Source: an uncultured Verrucomicrobiaceae bacterium (GTDB lineage Bacteria > Verrucomicrobiota > Verrucomicrobiia > Methylacidiphilales > CAYYVW01). Taken from it: a stretch of DNA of 64,000 bases. The position numbers and the translations under genes are program-made. This document shows positions 38,080-48,531 of the stretch, in pieces. The notes below the pieces were generated by a model that was not told the DNA's origin, searched no databases, and saw only the letters and a list, made by a program, of their open reading frames with translations. Each line of letters starts with the position of its first letter. Position 1 is the stretch's first letter. The stretch covers positions 38,974 through 102,973 of the forward strand of contig CAYYVW010000001.1 of NCBI GenBank assembly GCA_964473925.1, given 5' to 3'.

Positions 38080-39129
38080 ATGAAAACTGACACGCAACAA
38101 ACCCTCGCCACGCGTTGGCAAGAACTTCAAACCGCAAATCCCAAGATGCGCATCCGCGATGCCGCCACACAACTCGGCGTCAGCGAAGCGCAGTTGCTGG
38201 CCACGCGGTGTGGCAATGGCGTCACGCGTTTGCAGGGTCCGTGGGATAAACTCATCGCCGAGTTCCCCAAGTTCGGCCGCGTGATGTGTCTGACGCGCAA
38301 CGAAGCGGCGGTGCATGAGCGTTACGGTGATTTTCAGAAGATCGATTTCTTTCATGGCATGGGGCAGGTCGTCGGGCCAGACATTGATCTGCGCCTCTTC
38401 ATGAATCACTGGAAGCACGGTTTTGCGGTTGTCGACCAAACCAAAGAGGGCGAGCGCCAAAGTCTCCAGTTTTTTGATGCGGCTGGCAATGCCGTGCATA
38501 AGGTCTACTTGCAAAAAGAGAGCAACGCTTCGGTGTACGCCGATTTAGTGAGAGGTGCGCGTGCTGAAGATCAATCGACAGAGCAGGCGGTGGAGGCTCC
38601 GGCGGCCAAAGCGGCGCCGCTTCCCGATGCCGAGATAGATGTCGCGGCGTTCCGCCAGGCTTGGCTCGAGATGAAAGATACGCACAGCTTCTTCATGTTG
38701 CTGCAGAAGCACCGTGTCGTGCGCAATCAGGCAATGCGCCTGGCGCCCGAAGGGTACACGCGTCAGCTTGGCCTCGATCAACCACGCAAGATGCTTGAGC
38801 GCGCGGCCGAAGCAGGCCAGCCGATCATGGTGTTCATCGGTAACCCCGGCTGCCTGCAAATTCACACCGGCCCCGTCAAGAACATCAAAATGTTCGGCGA
38901 GGATTGGCTCAATATTCTCGATGACGATTTCAACATGCACCTCAATCAGCCGCTGATTGATTCGGTCTGGTTTGTCCGTAAGCCGACGGTGGATGGCGAG
39001 GTTACTTCGGTGGAGCTCTACGACAAGGCGGGCGAAAATGTCGTCACGTTCTTCGGCAAGCGCAAGCCGGGTGAGAAGGAAGATCCGCGCTGGCGTGAGC
39101 TCGCTTCCAGTTTGGAAGGAAAGAAGTAA
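38080..39129 (+). CDS. hemS: Heme-degrading/trafficking protein HemS/HmuS
   Basis: RIRDAA..LGVSEAQL, MCLTRNEAAVHE, DLRLF, THSFF, GCLQIHTG, FNMHL; duplicated HemS domain. Confidence 0.93.
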   Translation: MKTDTQQTLATRWQELQTANPKMRIRDAATQLGVSEAQLLATRCGNGVTRLQGPWDKLIAEFPKFGRVMCLTRNEAAVHERYGDFQKIDFFHGMGQVVGPDIDLRLFMNHWKHGFAVVDQTKEGERQSLQFFDAAGNAVHKVYLQKESNASVYADLVRGARAEDQSTEQAVEAPAAKAAPLPDAEIDVAAFRQAWLEMKDTHSFFMLLQKHRVVRNQAMRLAPEGYTRQLGLDQPRKMLERAAEAGQPIMVFIGNPGCLQIHTGPVKNIKMFGEDWLNILDDDFNMHLNQPLIDSVWFVRKPTVDGEVTSVELYDKAGENVVTFFGKRKPGEKEDPRWRELASSLEGKK

Positions 39130-39131
39130 GC

Positions 39132-40010
39132 ATGAGCTGCTTCTCTTTTCTGCGCGCTGTTTTCAACATCTTTGGCATTGCAGCTGCGATGCCAATGCTG
39201 CTGGGCGCGGCGTCGGCGGCGGATGCTCCTCGGCGCATCGTTTCAACGGGCGGCCCTGTCACTGAAATTGTGTATGCCCTAGGTGCGCAGCGCGATCTGG
39301 TAGCGGTGGACTCTTCCAGCACCTATCCGCAAGCGGCGACGCGTTTACCAAAGATTGGTTATCAGCGGATGCTGTCCGCGGAAGGGGTGTTCGGCTTGAA
39401 GCCAACGCTCGTCTTGGCTTCGGAAGAAGCGGGCCCGCCGGCCGTGATCGATCAGCTTAAAAAATCGGGCGTGCATATTGTCATTGCAACAGCCGAGCAC
39501 ACCGTCGCTGGAGCGCAGTCTAAAATTACGACCATTGCCCGGGCCTTGGGCAAAGAGCGTGAAGGGCAGGCGCTGTGCGTTCGCCTTGAACAGCAAGTGA
39601 AAGAAGCTCATGCCCGCATTGCCGACAAGGCGTCGGGTTCCAAGCCGCGTGTGGTCTTTATTTACGCCCGCGGACCGGGAGTGATGAATGTCGCGGGCAC
39701 GGGTACGGCGGCCGATGCGATCATCGCATTGGCCGGAGGCGTCAATGCGGTGTCCGATTACAGCGGGTATAAACCACTGACGCCCGAGTCGCTCACAACA
39801 GCCGCACCGGATGTTATTTTGGTCCCGCTGCACGGTTTGGACAGCTTAGGCGGCAAAGAAGGCTTGATGCGTCAGCCAGGCGTTGCGATGACGCCGGCAG
39901 GCAAAAATGGTCGGATTGTTGCGATGGATGATCTTTTGCTCCTAGGGTTTGGTCCGCGACTGGGCGAGGCAGTTTTAGAATTATCCGAAAAACTGCACTT
40001 TTCTAAATAG
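39132..40010 (+). CDS. hmuT: Heme ABC transporter periplasmic binding protein
   Basis: RIVSTGGPVTEIVYALG, IGYQRMLSAEG (heme-ligand Tyr), LLGFGPR. Confidence 0.9.
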   Translation: MSCFSFLRAVFNIFGIAAAMPMLLGAASAADAPRRIVSTGGPVTEIVYALGAQRDLVAVDSSSTYPQAATRLPKIGYQRMLSAEGVFGLKPTLVLASEEAGPPAVIDQLKKSGVHIVIATAEHTVAGAQSKITTIARALGKEREGQALCVRLEQQVKEAHARIADKASGSKPRVVFIYARGPGVMNVAGTGTAADAIIALAGGVNAVSDYSGYKPLTPESLTTAAPDVILVPLHGLDSLGGKEGLMRQPGVAMTPAGKNGRIVAMDDLLLLGFGPRLGEAVLELSEKLHFSK

Positions 40011-40070
40011 GCTGCCGAAGGCTTCCTGCCGGGTTTGGCTGCGGCGCGGGCTTGTGGTTTTATTTTGCTT

Positions 40071-41123
40071 ATGAACACGCGCTTTGCTCCAGCTTCGTTG
40101 TGGATCTTGTTTGGCGCGATGATTGGGGCGATGTTGGTATCGTTGTGCGTAGGCGCAGCGTCGCTGAGCTTGGAACAAATTTTTTCGATCCTGGCAAACA
40201 AAGCACATTTACAAATCGGATCATTCAACGCAGCGTACACTTCCAGCGAGAGCGCGCTACTGTGGGACATCCGTCTGCCGCGGTTGCTGTTGGGCGTGCT
40301 CGTCGGCGGCGGGTTGGCGGTGGCAGGAGCGGCGTTGCAAGGGCTCTTTCGCAATCCGTTAGCCGATCCCGCGCTTATTGGGGTCTCCGGCGGAGCGGCA
40401 GTCGCGGCAGCAGCATGCTTTGTTTTGGGCGGAGCGCTCTTCAAACAGGTCAACTCCGCCTTTACGTTGATGGTCGTGCCGCTCGTCTCTTTCCTCGGAG
40501 GATTCGGCCTAGTACAGGTCATCTGGCGCATTTCGCAGCGGGAAGGGCGCACGCAGGTGCACACGATGCTCCTGGCAGGGATTGCGCTCAACGCGCTCTG
40601 CGGCGCGGGGATCGGCGTGCTGACGTTCATGGCCAGCGACGCGCAACTGCGCAGCATCACCTTTTGGAACTTGGGCAGCTTAGGCGGCGCGACGTGGCCG
40701 ATCGTCGGTATTCTTTCACTCTTCGTTCTCATTCCTGTCGGTTGGCTATTGAAAAAGTCTCGCGCGCTCAATGCGCTCTTGCTGGGCGAAGCGGAAGCCG
40801 GACATCTGGGCGTGTCGGTGGAGCAGCTCAAGCAGCGCATCATTCTCTATACGGCACTCATCGTCGGGGCGGCGGTTTCATTTGTTGGCATCATCGGATT
40901 CATCGGCTTGGTTACGCCGCACCTCATTCGCCTTTGGAAAGGGCCAGATTACCGCGCGCTTTTTCCGCACACTTTCTTGCTCGGAGCGTTTCTGCTGATT
41001 CTCTCCGATCTCGGAGCACGACTGATCGTGGTTCCTGCCGAATTGCCGATCGGTGTGATGACGGCGCTTTTGGGCGCGCCGTTCTTTATTTGGATGCTGT
41101 TGCGGGAGCGGGAATCTTTATGA
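40071..41123 (+). CDS. hmuU: Heme ABC transporter permease (FecCD family)
   Basis: IRLPRLLLG, QGLFRNPLADP, LGEAEAGHLGV, GIIGFIGL..PH, ELPIGV.TA..GAPFF. Confidence 0.93.
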   Translation: MNTRFAPASLWILFGAMIGAMLVSLCVGAASLSLEQIFSILANKAHLQIGSFNAAYTSSESALLWDIRLPRLLLGVLVGGGLAVAGAALQGLFRNPLADPALIGVSGGAAVAAAACFVLGGALFKQVNSAFTLMVVPLVSFLGGFGLVQVIWRISQREGRTQVHTMLLAGIALNALCGAGIGVLTFMASDAQLRSITFWNLGSLGGATWPIVGILSLFVLIPVGWLLKKSRALNALLLGEAEAGHLGVSVEQLKQRIILYTALIVGAAVSFVGIIGFIGLVTPHLIRLWKGPDYRALFPHTFLLGAFLLILSDLGARLIVVPAELPIGVMTALLGAPFFIWMLLRERESL

Positions 41124-41941
41124 GCAACGCGGTAGAGGCTTCCCGGAGTGCGTTAGCGCTTGAAGCGTCTGGTATTAATTTTCAAGCGGGTGGGCGATTA
41201 TTATTAGAAGGGGTCTCCTGCCGTATTGAGCCGGGCAAGGTGGTGGCGCTCGTCGGACCCAACGGAGCCGGGAAGACGACGCTTCTGCGGGTTCTCTCTG
41301 GTGAACTCACTCCACATGCGGGGAGCGTTACGCTCAACGGTGAGGGGATCGATCAATATTCCGCAACACGACTGGCACTTCACCGAGCGGTTTTACCGCA
41401 GAGCTCGACACTGGCCTTTCCGTTTCTGGTGGAAGACGTTGTGCTCATGGGCCGCGCGCCACACGTTCAAGGGCATGAAACGGCCCGCGATATTCAAATT
41501 GCGCGGGAAGCCATGCAAAATGTTGAAGTGGAACATTTGGTAGGTCGCAACTACTTGACGCTTTCGGGCGGCGAGAAGCAGCGGGTTCATTTGGCGCGCG
41601 TTTTGGCCCAACTCTTGGGAGCGCCGGAGCCGCATTACTTGCTCTTAGATGAACCGATCGCAAATTTAGATTTGGCACATCAGTGTCAGCTAATGCGACT
41701 TTTGCGTAAGCAAGCGCGCGCCGGTGCGGGTATTTTTATCATTCTGCATGATCTTAATTTTGCGGCTCGGTATGCCGACGAAGTGATCATCCTTGCAAAA
41801 GGAAAAAAAGTGGCGAGCGGGCTGCCAACAGAAGTGCTCAATGAAGCGCTGTTACGAGAAGTCTTTGCTATTGAAACGCATATTTTTAGAGGCTTTGATG
41901 CATCCCAGCCGTCGAGTTTTTATATTGTGCCAATGGACTAG
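41120..41941 (+). CDS. hmuV: Heme ABC transporter ATP-binding protein
   Basis: GPNGAGKTT, LSGGEKQRVHLARVLAQ, LLLDEP, LHDLN; ATG at 41120 coupled to the hmuU stop. Confidence 0.93.
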   Translation: MSNAVEASRSALALEASGINFQAGGRLLLEGVSCRIEPGKVVALVGPNGAGKTTLLRVLSGELTPHAGSVTLNGEGIDQYSATRLALHRAVLPQSSTLAFPFLVEDVVLMGRAPHVQGHETARDIQIAREAMQNVEVEHLVGRNYLTLSGGEKQRVHLARVLAQLLGAPEPHYLLLDEPIANLDLAHQCQLMRLLRKQARAGAGIFIILHDLNFAARYADEVIILAKGKKVASGLPTEVLNEALLREVFAIETHIFRGFDASQPSSFYIVPMD

Positions 41942-41999
41942 AACGGCGCCCTGTTTGCGAGGGGGTTGATCTTTTGAAGGGTTAGCCTACAGTCCGTTC

Positions 42000-43013
42000 A
42001 TGCGGCACCCGTTCGCTCTTTTTACGGCTTTATTGTTAAGCTGGATTTCGTGCAATGGAGCTGCGAAGGCTCAAGCTCCCATTAAAATCGGCTACGTGCC
42101 GAATCTTTGGTGCTTTCATGGCACCGTTTTGGTTGAAGAGAAGTGGGATGCGCAAGCCGGCTTAAAAATTGCGCTGCAGCAGTTTCCAGGACCGCCCACC
42201 TTGACTCAGGCGTTTGCAGCCGGGCAGTTGGACGCGATGTATAATAACACCAGCTCGATCCTGCCGTTGGTTGAACGCGGAATCCCCATTGTCATGGTGG
42301 CTTCTACCATTCGGGATGATATTTACCTGGTTGCTAAGCCGCCGCTGCTCGACCTTGTCAAAGATCGGACGCCGCTCGAGGCAATCCGAGCGTATAAAGA
42401 GAAATTTGGCAAGCGCGTCAAAATCACAACAAATCCAAAGGGAACGTTGACGGATCTGATTCTTAAGAAATGGTTCAAGCGCGAACTCCCCGATTGGGAA
42501 AAGTGGGTGGAGCTTATTAATGCAGGGTCGCAAGATCAGCTCCAGCAGTCGGTCTTTAGTCCAGATGTCAATGCCTCCACGTTATGGGGCGAGCTTTTGG
42601 AAGTCAGTCAGGCAAAGGATCCCCGTTTAGGCGTTTTTGCCGGCCCCGAGGTTTTGATGCCGCATCAGCCGGGCGGCATGCTCATCATCCGGAAGTCGTT
42701 TGCGGAGGCGCATCCGGAGGTGGTTGAAAAACTCGTTCAACTGCAGGTGCGTGCATTTGATTGGATCAAACAAAATCCGGAGCATGCAGCGAAACATTAC
42801 AGCAAGTATATTGGTCACGGGCTGGTTTCAGTCGCTCAAGTCGCTGCGGCAATTCGACGCCTCGAGCCGCGGTGGGTTGTCGATCCGGCGCCCATGCTGA
42901 CGCCTGCTCAGGAAATCGCAGATCTGATGAAGGATCTGGGCTACTTGCGTCAGCCGTTAGATTTAAAAAAATTGTGGGATACGAGTTACTATCAAAAAGC
43001 TCAGGCGCATTAG
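42000..43013 (+). CDS. NitT/TauT-family ABC substrate-binding protein 1
   Basis: Signal peptide, IKIGY, AFAAGQLD, P.GTLTD, HPEVV..LV. Confidence 0.82.
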   Translation: MRHPFALFTALLLSWISCNGAAKAQAPIKIGYVPNLWCFHGTVLVEEKWDAQAGLKIALQQFPGPPTLTQAFAAGQLDAMYNNTSSILPLVERGIPIVMVASTIRDDIYLVAKPPLLDLVKDRTPLEAIRAYKEKFGKRVKITTNPKGTLTDLILKKWFKRELPDWEKWVELINAGSQDQLQQSVFSPDVNASTLWGELLEVSQAKDPRLGVFAGPEVLMPHQPGGMLIIRKSFAEAHPEVVEKLVQLQVRAFDWIKQNPEHAAKHYSKYIGHGLVSVAQVAAAIRRLEPRWVVDPAPMLTPAQEIADLMKDLGYLRQPLDLKKLWDTSYYQKAQAH

Positions 43014-43037
43014 ACGCCTTTAAACCAAAAAGAATCC

Positions 43038-43826
43038 ATGGCGCGTACAAGCAGTTTTGATTTTGTGGTGTCGTCGCTGAGAAGCCGTATGCTAGCTGCA
43101 TTGGGGTTGGTTTCTGTTTTGTTCTTGTGGGAGCTGAGCTCGCGCGTCGGTTGGCTCAACCCGGCCTTGGTTCCAGCGCCCAGTCGGCTACCAAAAGTTT
43201 TTTTGGATGAAATCGCGGAAGGCTCCTGGCTGCAAATGCTGGGCTGTTCGTTGCGGCATTATACGCTCGGAGTGGGGGTTGGTACGATCGCAGGAATTGC
43301 TGCGGGTGTTTTAATCGGCGTTTTCCCGCGGATACGAGCGCTGCAATCTTGGATCGCAGCAGTACTGCGCCCGGTTCCGCCGCTGGCGTGGATCCCATTT
43401 GCCATCATCTGGTTTGGCGTTTCGACGCAGGCAGCGGCGTTCATGATCGCGATCGGCGTTTTCTGGATCAATTATTTTGCTACGTGGTCGGCGGTGATGA
43501 TGGTCGGGCGGGAGTATTTTGAGCTCGCTCAAATTTATGGCCACCGCACTTTTTGGCCTCAACTTTCTAAGATTATCCTGCCAGGAGCGGCGCCGGGCAT
43601 TCTCTCGGGTATTCGTAGCGGCTTGGGTCAGGGATGGATGTTGGTCGTCGCGGCTGAGCTCTTTGGTGTTCCGGGCATGGGCCAGCGAATGCTCGCCGCC
43701 TCCGGGCTTTTGGCAACAGACGTCGTCCTGGTTTATATGATGACGATCGCCGCTGTTTATGCGCTGACCGATTGGGTGTATGTCCGCTTTGAAAACCGAG
43801 TGCTGCAATGGCAGTTTGAATCATGA
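43038..43826 (+). CDS. NitT/TauT-family ABC permease
   Basis: LRPVPPLAWIP..IIWFG, IILPGAAP.I.SG.R, VVAAEL.G..G.G. Confidence 0.9.
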   Translation: MARTSSFDFVVSSLRSRMLAALGLVSVLFLWELSSRVGWLNPALVPAPSRLPKVFLDEIAEGSWLQMLGCSLRHYTLGVGVGTIAGIAAGVLIGVFPRIRALQSWIAAVLRPVPPLAWIPFAIIWFGVSTQAAAFMIAIGVFWINYFATWSAVMMVGREYFELAQIYGHRTFWPQLSKIILPGAAPGILSGIRSGLGQGWMLVVAAELFGVPGMGQRMLAASGLLATDVVLVYMMTIAAVYALTDWVYVRFENRVLQWQFES

Positions 43827-44854
43827 GCCATCGAAGCTTAAAAAGCATCAAGTTGGCAGCGAATGCGATTGCACTGATTTGGATAGTCAGCGTGCAATCC
43901 CAAGCGGCTCCGGTGACGGTGCGTATTGGCTACAGCTCTTCCCTGCCTTCTGCGGCACCTTTGGCGGTTGTGGTCAAATCGGGATGGGCGCAAGAGGCTG
44001 GGCTGGAGTTAAAAACAGTGCGTTACAACTTTCCAACGGCGATGCTGCAGGCCGCGCAGGGGGATAATCTGGATGTTCTACTCAATTCCCCCGGCGTTTT
44101 GCTCAACGGACGAGAGAAAAAAATCGACGTGAGAATTGTCGCCGGAATGAGCAACGAGAGCCTGCATTTGGTCGCGGTGGGCTCGTTCGCCCAGTTTGCT
44201 GGAAGATTATCAGGAGCGGATGCGCTCCGCGCGTATTATCAAAAGACCGGTCGCAAAGTCCGGCTGGCTTCTCTGGATCGTGGCACGCTTTCAGATGCCG
44301 TGCTGCAAAACTGGCTCAAGCAAACCGGCACGACCGATGCCGTGCAGCTGATTCACGCGGGCTTGGATCAAATTCAGCAAATGCTTGCTTCGGAAGCGGT
44401 GGACGGAGGAATTACCTACCAGCTCAACATCCTGCTCGCGGCCAAACGGGGGCGGCCTTATCACCTATTAGCCAACGGCCATGCGCTTTTGCCGGGAATG
44501 CCGCTGATTGTCGTCGGAGTGCGGGAGGAATTCGGCCGACGGCACCCGGTTGCCATGCAGCACCTCATCCAGCTCTTTGACCGTGCGATGGGCCAGATTC
44601 GCATGCAGCCAGAGGAAGCGGCGCGGGCATATCTTGCTTTGATGGGCGGCGCGCTGGCTCCTTTATCAGTCGTAGCGCAGGCGCTTAAAGATGAAGCTAG
44701 CCAGTTTGTGATGGATCCTGAGCCGCTCATCCCCGCCATACGGAGGCTGCATGATTTGCTGCTGACGGCAGGAGGAATTCGCAAGCCGGTTGATCTCGAT
44801 TCCTTATTCGATCTTTCTTATTATCAACAACGCAGCGCCGGTAGCCGACCCTAA
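43823..44854 (+). CDS. NitT/TauT-family ABC substrate-binding protein 2
   Basis: Signal peptide, VRIGY, GTLSDAVL, EFGRRHP; ATGA-coupled to permease. Confidence 0.8.
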   Translation: MSHRSLKSIKLAANAIALIWIVSVQSQAAPVTVRIGYSSSLPSAAPLAVVVKSGWAQEAGLELKTVRYNFPTAMLQAAQGDNLDVLLNSPGVLLNGREKKIDVRIVAGMSNESLHLVAVGSFAQFAGRLSGADALRAYYQKTGRKVRLASLDRGTLSDAVLQNWLKQTGTTDAVQLIHAGLDQIQQMLASEAVDGGITYQLNILLAAKRGRPYHLLANGHALLPGMPLIVVGVREEFGRRHPVAMQHLIQLFDRAMGQIRMQPEEAARAYLALMGGALAPLSVVAQALKDEASQFVMDPEPLIPAIRRLHDLLLTAGGIRKPVDLDSLFDLSYYQQRSAGSRP

Positions 44855-44868
44855 TTATTGAGATTTTT

Positions 44869-45582
44869 ATGGATGCACAACTTCAAGCCGCTGGCGTTTT
44901 GATCCAAGATTTGCAATTTGGATTTCAGACAACGTCAGTCCCACTGTTCGAGGCGTTTTCATTGAATGTACGGTCTGGCGAATTTGTTTGCGTGATGGGT
45001 TCATCGGGCTGTGGCAAGTCAACGCTCCTGCGTTTAGTGGCAGGACTTCTGCAACCCACGGCGGGTTCTATTACGGTGGACGGGTGGCAAAGGCAGCCGG
45101 AACAAGCAGATCACTTGGCGATCGGGTTTGTTTTTCAGGATGCGCGCCTGCTTCCGTGGCGTCGCATTGTTCATAATGTAATTTTTGGAATGGAAGCCTT
45201 GCACTTGAGCAAAGAGCAGCGCCTATCGCGGGCGCAAGAAGCGCTGACGCTGGTAGGATTAGAAGCGATGGGCAATCGGTGGCCGCATCAGCTCTCAGGA
45301 GGTCAAAAACAGCGCGTCGCGATTGCGCGAGCGCTTGCAGTGCGGCCGCTGCTGCTTTTGATGGACGAGCCGTTTGGAAGCTTAGATGCTTACACTCGTC
45401 GTGATTTACAGGACGAACTCCTGGCCGTTTGGAAGAAGACGGGCAAAACGATTTTATTTGTGACGCACGATCGACGCGAAGCCGAATATTTAGCCGATCG
45501 CATCATTACGCTCAATAAGACGGAAAAGGGTCTCAGCGTTACGGAAGAAGCAGTGATCACGCCCCGACCGCGCTCAGGCTAA
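44869..45582 (+). CDS. NitT/TauT-family ABC ATP-binding protein
   Basis: GSSGCGKST, VFQDARLLPW, LSGGQKQR, MDEPFGSLD, VTHD. Confidence 0.93.
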   Translation: MDAQLQAAGVLIQDLQFGFQTTSVPLFEAFSLNVRSGEFVCVMGSSGCGKSTLLRLVAGLLQPTAGSITVDGWQRQPEQADHLAIGFVFQDARLLPWRRIVHNVIFGMEALHLSKEQRLSRAQEALTLVGLEAMGNRWPHQLSGGQKQRVAIARALAVRPLLLLMDEPFGSLDAYTRRDLQDELLAVWKKTGKTILFVTHDRREAEYLADRIITLNKTEKGLSVTEEAVITPRPRSG

Positions 45583-45587
45583 TTCAC

Positions 45588-46613
45588 CTAGAACGCATTG
45601 AGCCGATCAATGAGAAGCCGCAGTCGTCCGAACGAGCGGTGATCGAAGTTGAGGCAGAGTCTCGGCAGATGCGCGATCTCCGGCTCATTGGCTTCTTCCT
45701 CTTGCGTGGGGCAGGCTTCTAGCGAACCCTCCGCGCCGATCATATCAGCAAAATCTTCCCGCAATCGCGGCAGCGCCCCGGCCGGCACTTCGCGTTGTAG
45801 TCGCATGATCAACTGATCGCCCACGAATCGGTACGAATGAAAGTTGTAGTAAAAATTCATGATCTCGCGAAATGCCACGTTCAAATCATCCGTAATGCGA
45901 TAGAGATTTAAGTCGGCCTCTGAAATCATTCCGTCACGCAGCAAGTGCTCGCGCAAGTAGCGTTCAAAGGTTTTCCAAAAATTGCCGCCTGGCGCATCGA
46001 CCATGACGACTGGGACCAGCGGCCGCTTGCCGGTGTGCAGAAGGGTGAGCACTTCAAAGAACTCATCCATCGTTCCAAAACCGCCCGGAAAGAGGACGAC
46101 CGAGTTCGCTTCTTTAACAAAATTGAGTTTTCGCGTAAAAAAGAAGCGAAACTTAATGAGCTTGGGATCGCCTTCAATGATGGCGTTAGAACCTTGCTCG
46201 AACGGCAGCCGGATCGCCAAGCCAAAGCTGTGCTCTGCAGTCGCGCCTTTTTGTGCTGCATGCATGATGCCGGGGCCTGCGCCGGTGATGACCATTTGGC
46301 CGGCCTCTACCATCATTTTGGAAAAATCTTCGGCGGCCTTGTATTCGGGCGAGTCGGGATGCGTTCGGGCGGAACCAAAGACGCAGACTTTTTTAATGTT
46401 ACGGTAAGGCGCAAAAACGCGCTGAGCGTACCGCATTTCTTTGAGCGCACGATTAAACAGGCGAACGTCTGCCTGCGCCGGATGATCTTGAGCGAGTTTG
46501 TAAGCGCTCGTGACTAGTTCTTGATAATCTGCGCGACTGTGTTCAATTCCCCATCCGTCGAGCATTTCCGCAATCTGGCGGTCTAAAATTTCACTTCCGG
46601 TCGTGTACGGCAT
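45588..46613 (-). CDS. LOG family protein (long type)
   Basis: VFGSAR, ITGAGPGIM, RKLNF, FPGGFGTMDE. Confidence 0.9.
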   Translation of the reverse strand: MPYTTGSEILDRQIAEMLDGWGIEHSRADYQELVTSAYKLAQDHPAQADVRLFNRALKEMRYAQRVFAPYRNIKKVCVFGSARTHPDSPEYKAAEDFSKMMVEAGQMVITGAGPGIMHAAQKGATAEHSFGLAIRLPFEQGSNAIIEGDPKLIKFRFFFTRKLNFVKEANSVVLFPGGFGTMDEFFEVLTLLHTGKRPLVPVVMVDAPGGNFWKTFERYLREHLLRDGMISEADLNLYRITDDLNVAFREIMNFYYNFHSYRFVGDQLIMRLQREVPAGALPRLREDFADMIGAEGSLEACPTQEEEANEPEIAHLPRLCLNFDHRSFGRLRLLIDRLNAF

Positions 46614-46708
46614 AGAATAAGGTCGTGAGCAGCAGAGGGCCCCGAGTGCCAAGCACTTTGCCTGGATTTGGACCGCATGTCACTTTCCATTTCACAAGGT
46701 TTCTCCCT

Positions 46709-48283
46709 ATGCAAAGCGTGACCGCAGCTCAAATGCGAGCGTTGGAAGAACGTGTGATTACCGAAGGGATTTCAGCGCGTGCGTTGATGGAGCGTGCGGG
46801 AGAGGGGATCTATCGCCGGTTGGAGCAGCTTTTTCCGGACCGGCCTCGCGTCGTTATTTTAGCAGGCAAGGGGCACAATGGCGGGGATGGGTTGGTGGTC
46901 GCGCGGCACCTCGCCCAGCGCAACTGGTCGGTAGAGGTATGGCTTGCGACAACCGAAGATAAAATGGCGTCGATTAACCGCGAGATACTCGCCGAGCTGC
47001 AGAAGATCCAGTCCACGCATTTGACTTTTTGGCCAATTGCGTTGTTGGAAGTTGAGGCTCGGCTGCGTCGTGTCGGGGTTGCTGTTGATGCGCTTTTTGG
47101 TATTGGGCTGACGCGGCCGCTTGAAGGGGCAGAGGCGGAGCTCGTCGCTTGCATCAATCGCGTGCGAGAGAAAAGCGCGCTGCAAATCATCGCGATCGAC
47201 TGCCCCAGCGGACTTTCTGAAAGTATCGAAAATGCATCGTCCCTCGCTATCCAAGCCGACTGGACAATCACCCTCGGTTACCCGAAACGGTTTTTGCTCG
47301 AAGAATCCGCAGCACGATGGGTTGGCCGACTAGAAGTAGCGCCGATTTTTTCAGAACCCGCTCCTCCAAATCCGAGTGCGGCTGAAAATCAACCGCAACT
47401 CCTGACGGCCGCAGAATTGTGCGGCCTCTTTCCGCGGCGGCAGGCTCATTCTTATAAAGGAAATTACGGCCACGTGCTGATTGTGGGAGGAGCCGTCGGC
47501 ATGCCGGGCGCTCCCGTATTGGCTGCGATGGCTGTGGCAGCGCTCAATATAGGTGCAGGTCTCACATCGATTCTGGTTCCGGAAGAGATCTACGCCATCG
47601 CTGCCAGTTCAGTGCCGCCAGAGATCATGGTCTGGCCGGACAATGAAGAAAATCGAGATCGACTCTTATCCCGTGCAAGTGTTGTGGTGCTTGGACCAGG
47701 TCTTGAACCGGATGCAGCGGGCCGGAAATGCGTTGAATTTTGGATGAAGAAAGTCCAAGTGACAATTGTGCTCGATGCCGGCGCCCTGTCAGTTTTATCG
47801 GAACACCCAGAGCTTTTTTCTGCATTAAATTCTGCTGCGATCTTCACGCCTCATCCGGGTGAGATGCGGAGACTGGAAGGAGAGAGGGCTTCTACGGCTT
47901 CCCGGCAAGAACAGATTCGACGAATGTCCCAGGCGCATCCAAATTTTGTCTGGGTGCTGAAAGGAAGCAGGACGCTGATTACGGCTTCCGATCATCCGCT
48001 TTTTGTGAATGCGACAGGAAATGCCGGCCTAGCCAAAGGCGGATCCGGAGATGCATTGGCGGGAGTCATCGGAGCGCTCGTTGCGCAGGGGCTTATTCCA
48101 TTAGACGCCGCGCGCCTCGGCGTGTGGCTCCACGGCCGAGCAGCAGATTTGGCGCTGCAGCAGGTGAGGGTGGAAGAAAGCCTCTGCGCTTCCAACGCCA
48201 TTGCTTGCTTGGGATTAGCGCTCGAATCGTTACGCGCGGGGCAGGACGCGTCGTGCATTCAAACGATACAGTTCGGTGCTTAA
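46709..48283 (+). CDS. nnr: Bifunctional NAD(P)HX epimerase/dehydratase
   Basis: LMERAG, GKGHNGGDG, DALFGIG, IDCPSG, YKGNYG, TPHPGEM, GGSGDALAG. Confidence 0.93.
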   Translation: MQSVTAAQMRALEERVITEGISARALMERAGEGIYRRLEQLFPDRPRVVILAGKGHNGGDGLVVARHLAQRNWSVEVWLATTEDKMASINREILAELQKIQSTHLTFWPIALLEVEARLRRVGVAVDALFGIGLTRPLEGAEAELVACINRVREKSALQIIAIDCPSGLSESIENASSLAIQADWTITLGYPKRFLLEESAARWVGRLEVAPIFSEPAPPNPSAAENQPQLLTAAELCGLFPRRQAHSYKGNYGHVLIVGGAVGMPGAPVLAAMAVAALNIGAGLTSILVPEEIYAIAASSVPPEIMVWPDNEENRDRLLSRASVVVLGPGLEPDAAGRKCVEFWMKKVQVTIVLDAGALSVLSEHPELFSALNSAAIFTPHPGEMRRLEGERASTASRQEQIRRMSQAHPNFVWVLKGSRTLITASDHPLFVNATGNAGLAKGGSGDALAGVIGALVAQGLIPLDAARLGVWLHGRAADLALQQVRVEESLCASNAIACLGLALESLRAGQDASCIQTIQFGA

Positions 48284-48531
48284 AGCGTCATGATACTTGA
48301 TAAACTATTGGGATGAACATGCTGTTGTGCTTGTTTTTCAATGGCAGCACGACGTGCGAGTAGTTCATGAACATCCAGACCACTCCAGATTCGAATGGGT
48401 GGGTTGAATGTGATTGTAGCTGTTGGCGTCGCAATACCTGGAATACTCGAAGCTGCCACTGGGTTTACTTTTGCTGTAGTGAGCATCGCAGCAAATGCGG
48501 CATCTACAGTTTGAGGGTTCGGAAAACTCAT
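48280..48531 (-). CDS. Possible small orphan protein
   Basis: 83-aa ORF in an AT-rich gap with A-rich sequence before the ATG; no motif. Confidence 0.35.
   Translation of the reverse strand: MSFPNPQTVDAAFAAMLTTAKVNPVAASSIPGIATPTATITFNPPIRIWSGLDVHELLARRAAIEKQAQQHVHPNSLSSIMTL

Noticed and set aside
40052-41119. 629-aa HmuV with a long N-terminal extension
   Set aside because: Extension is an off-frame overlap with hmuU; real start is 41120.
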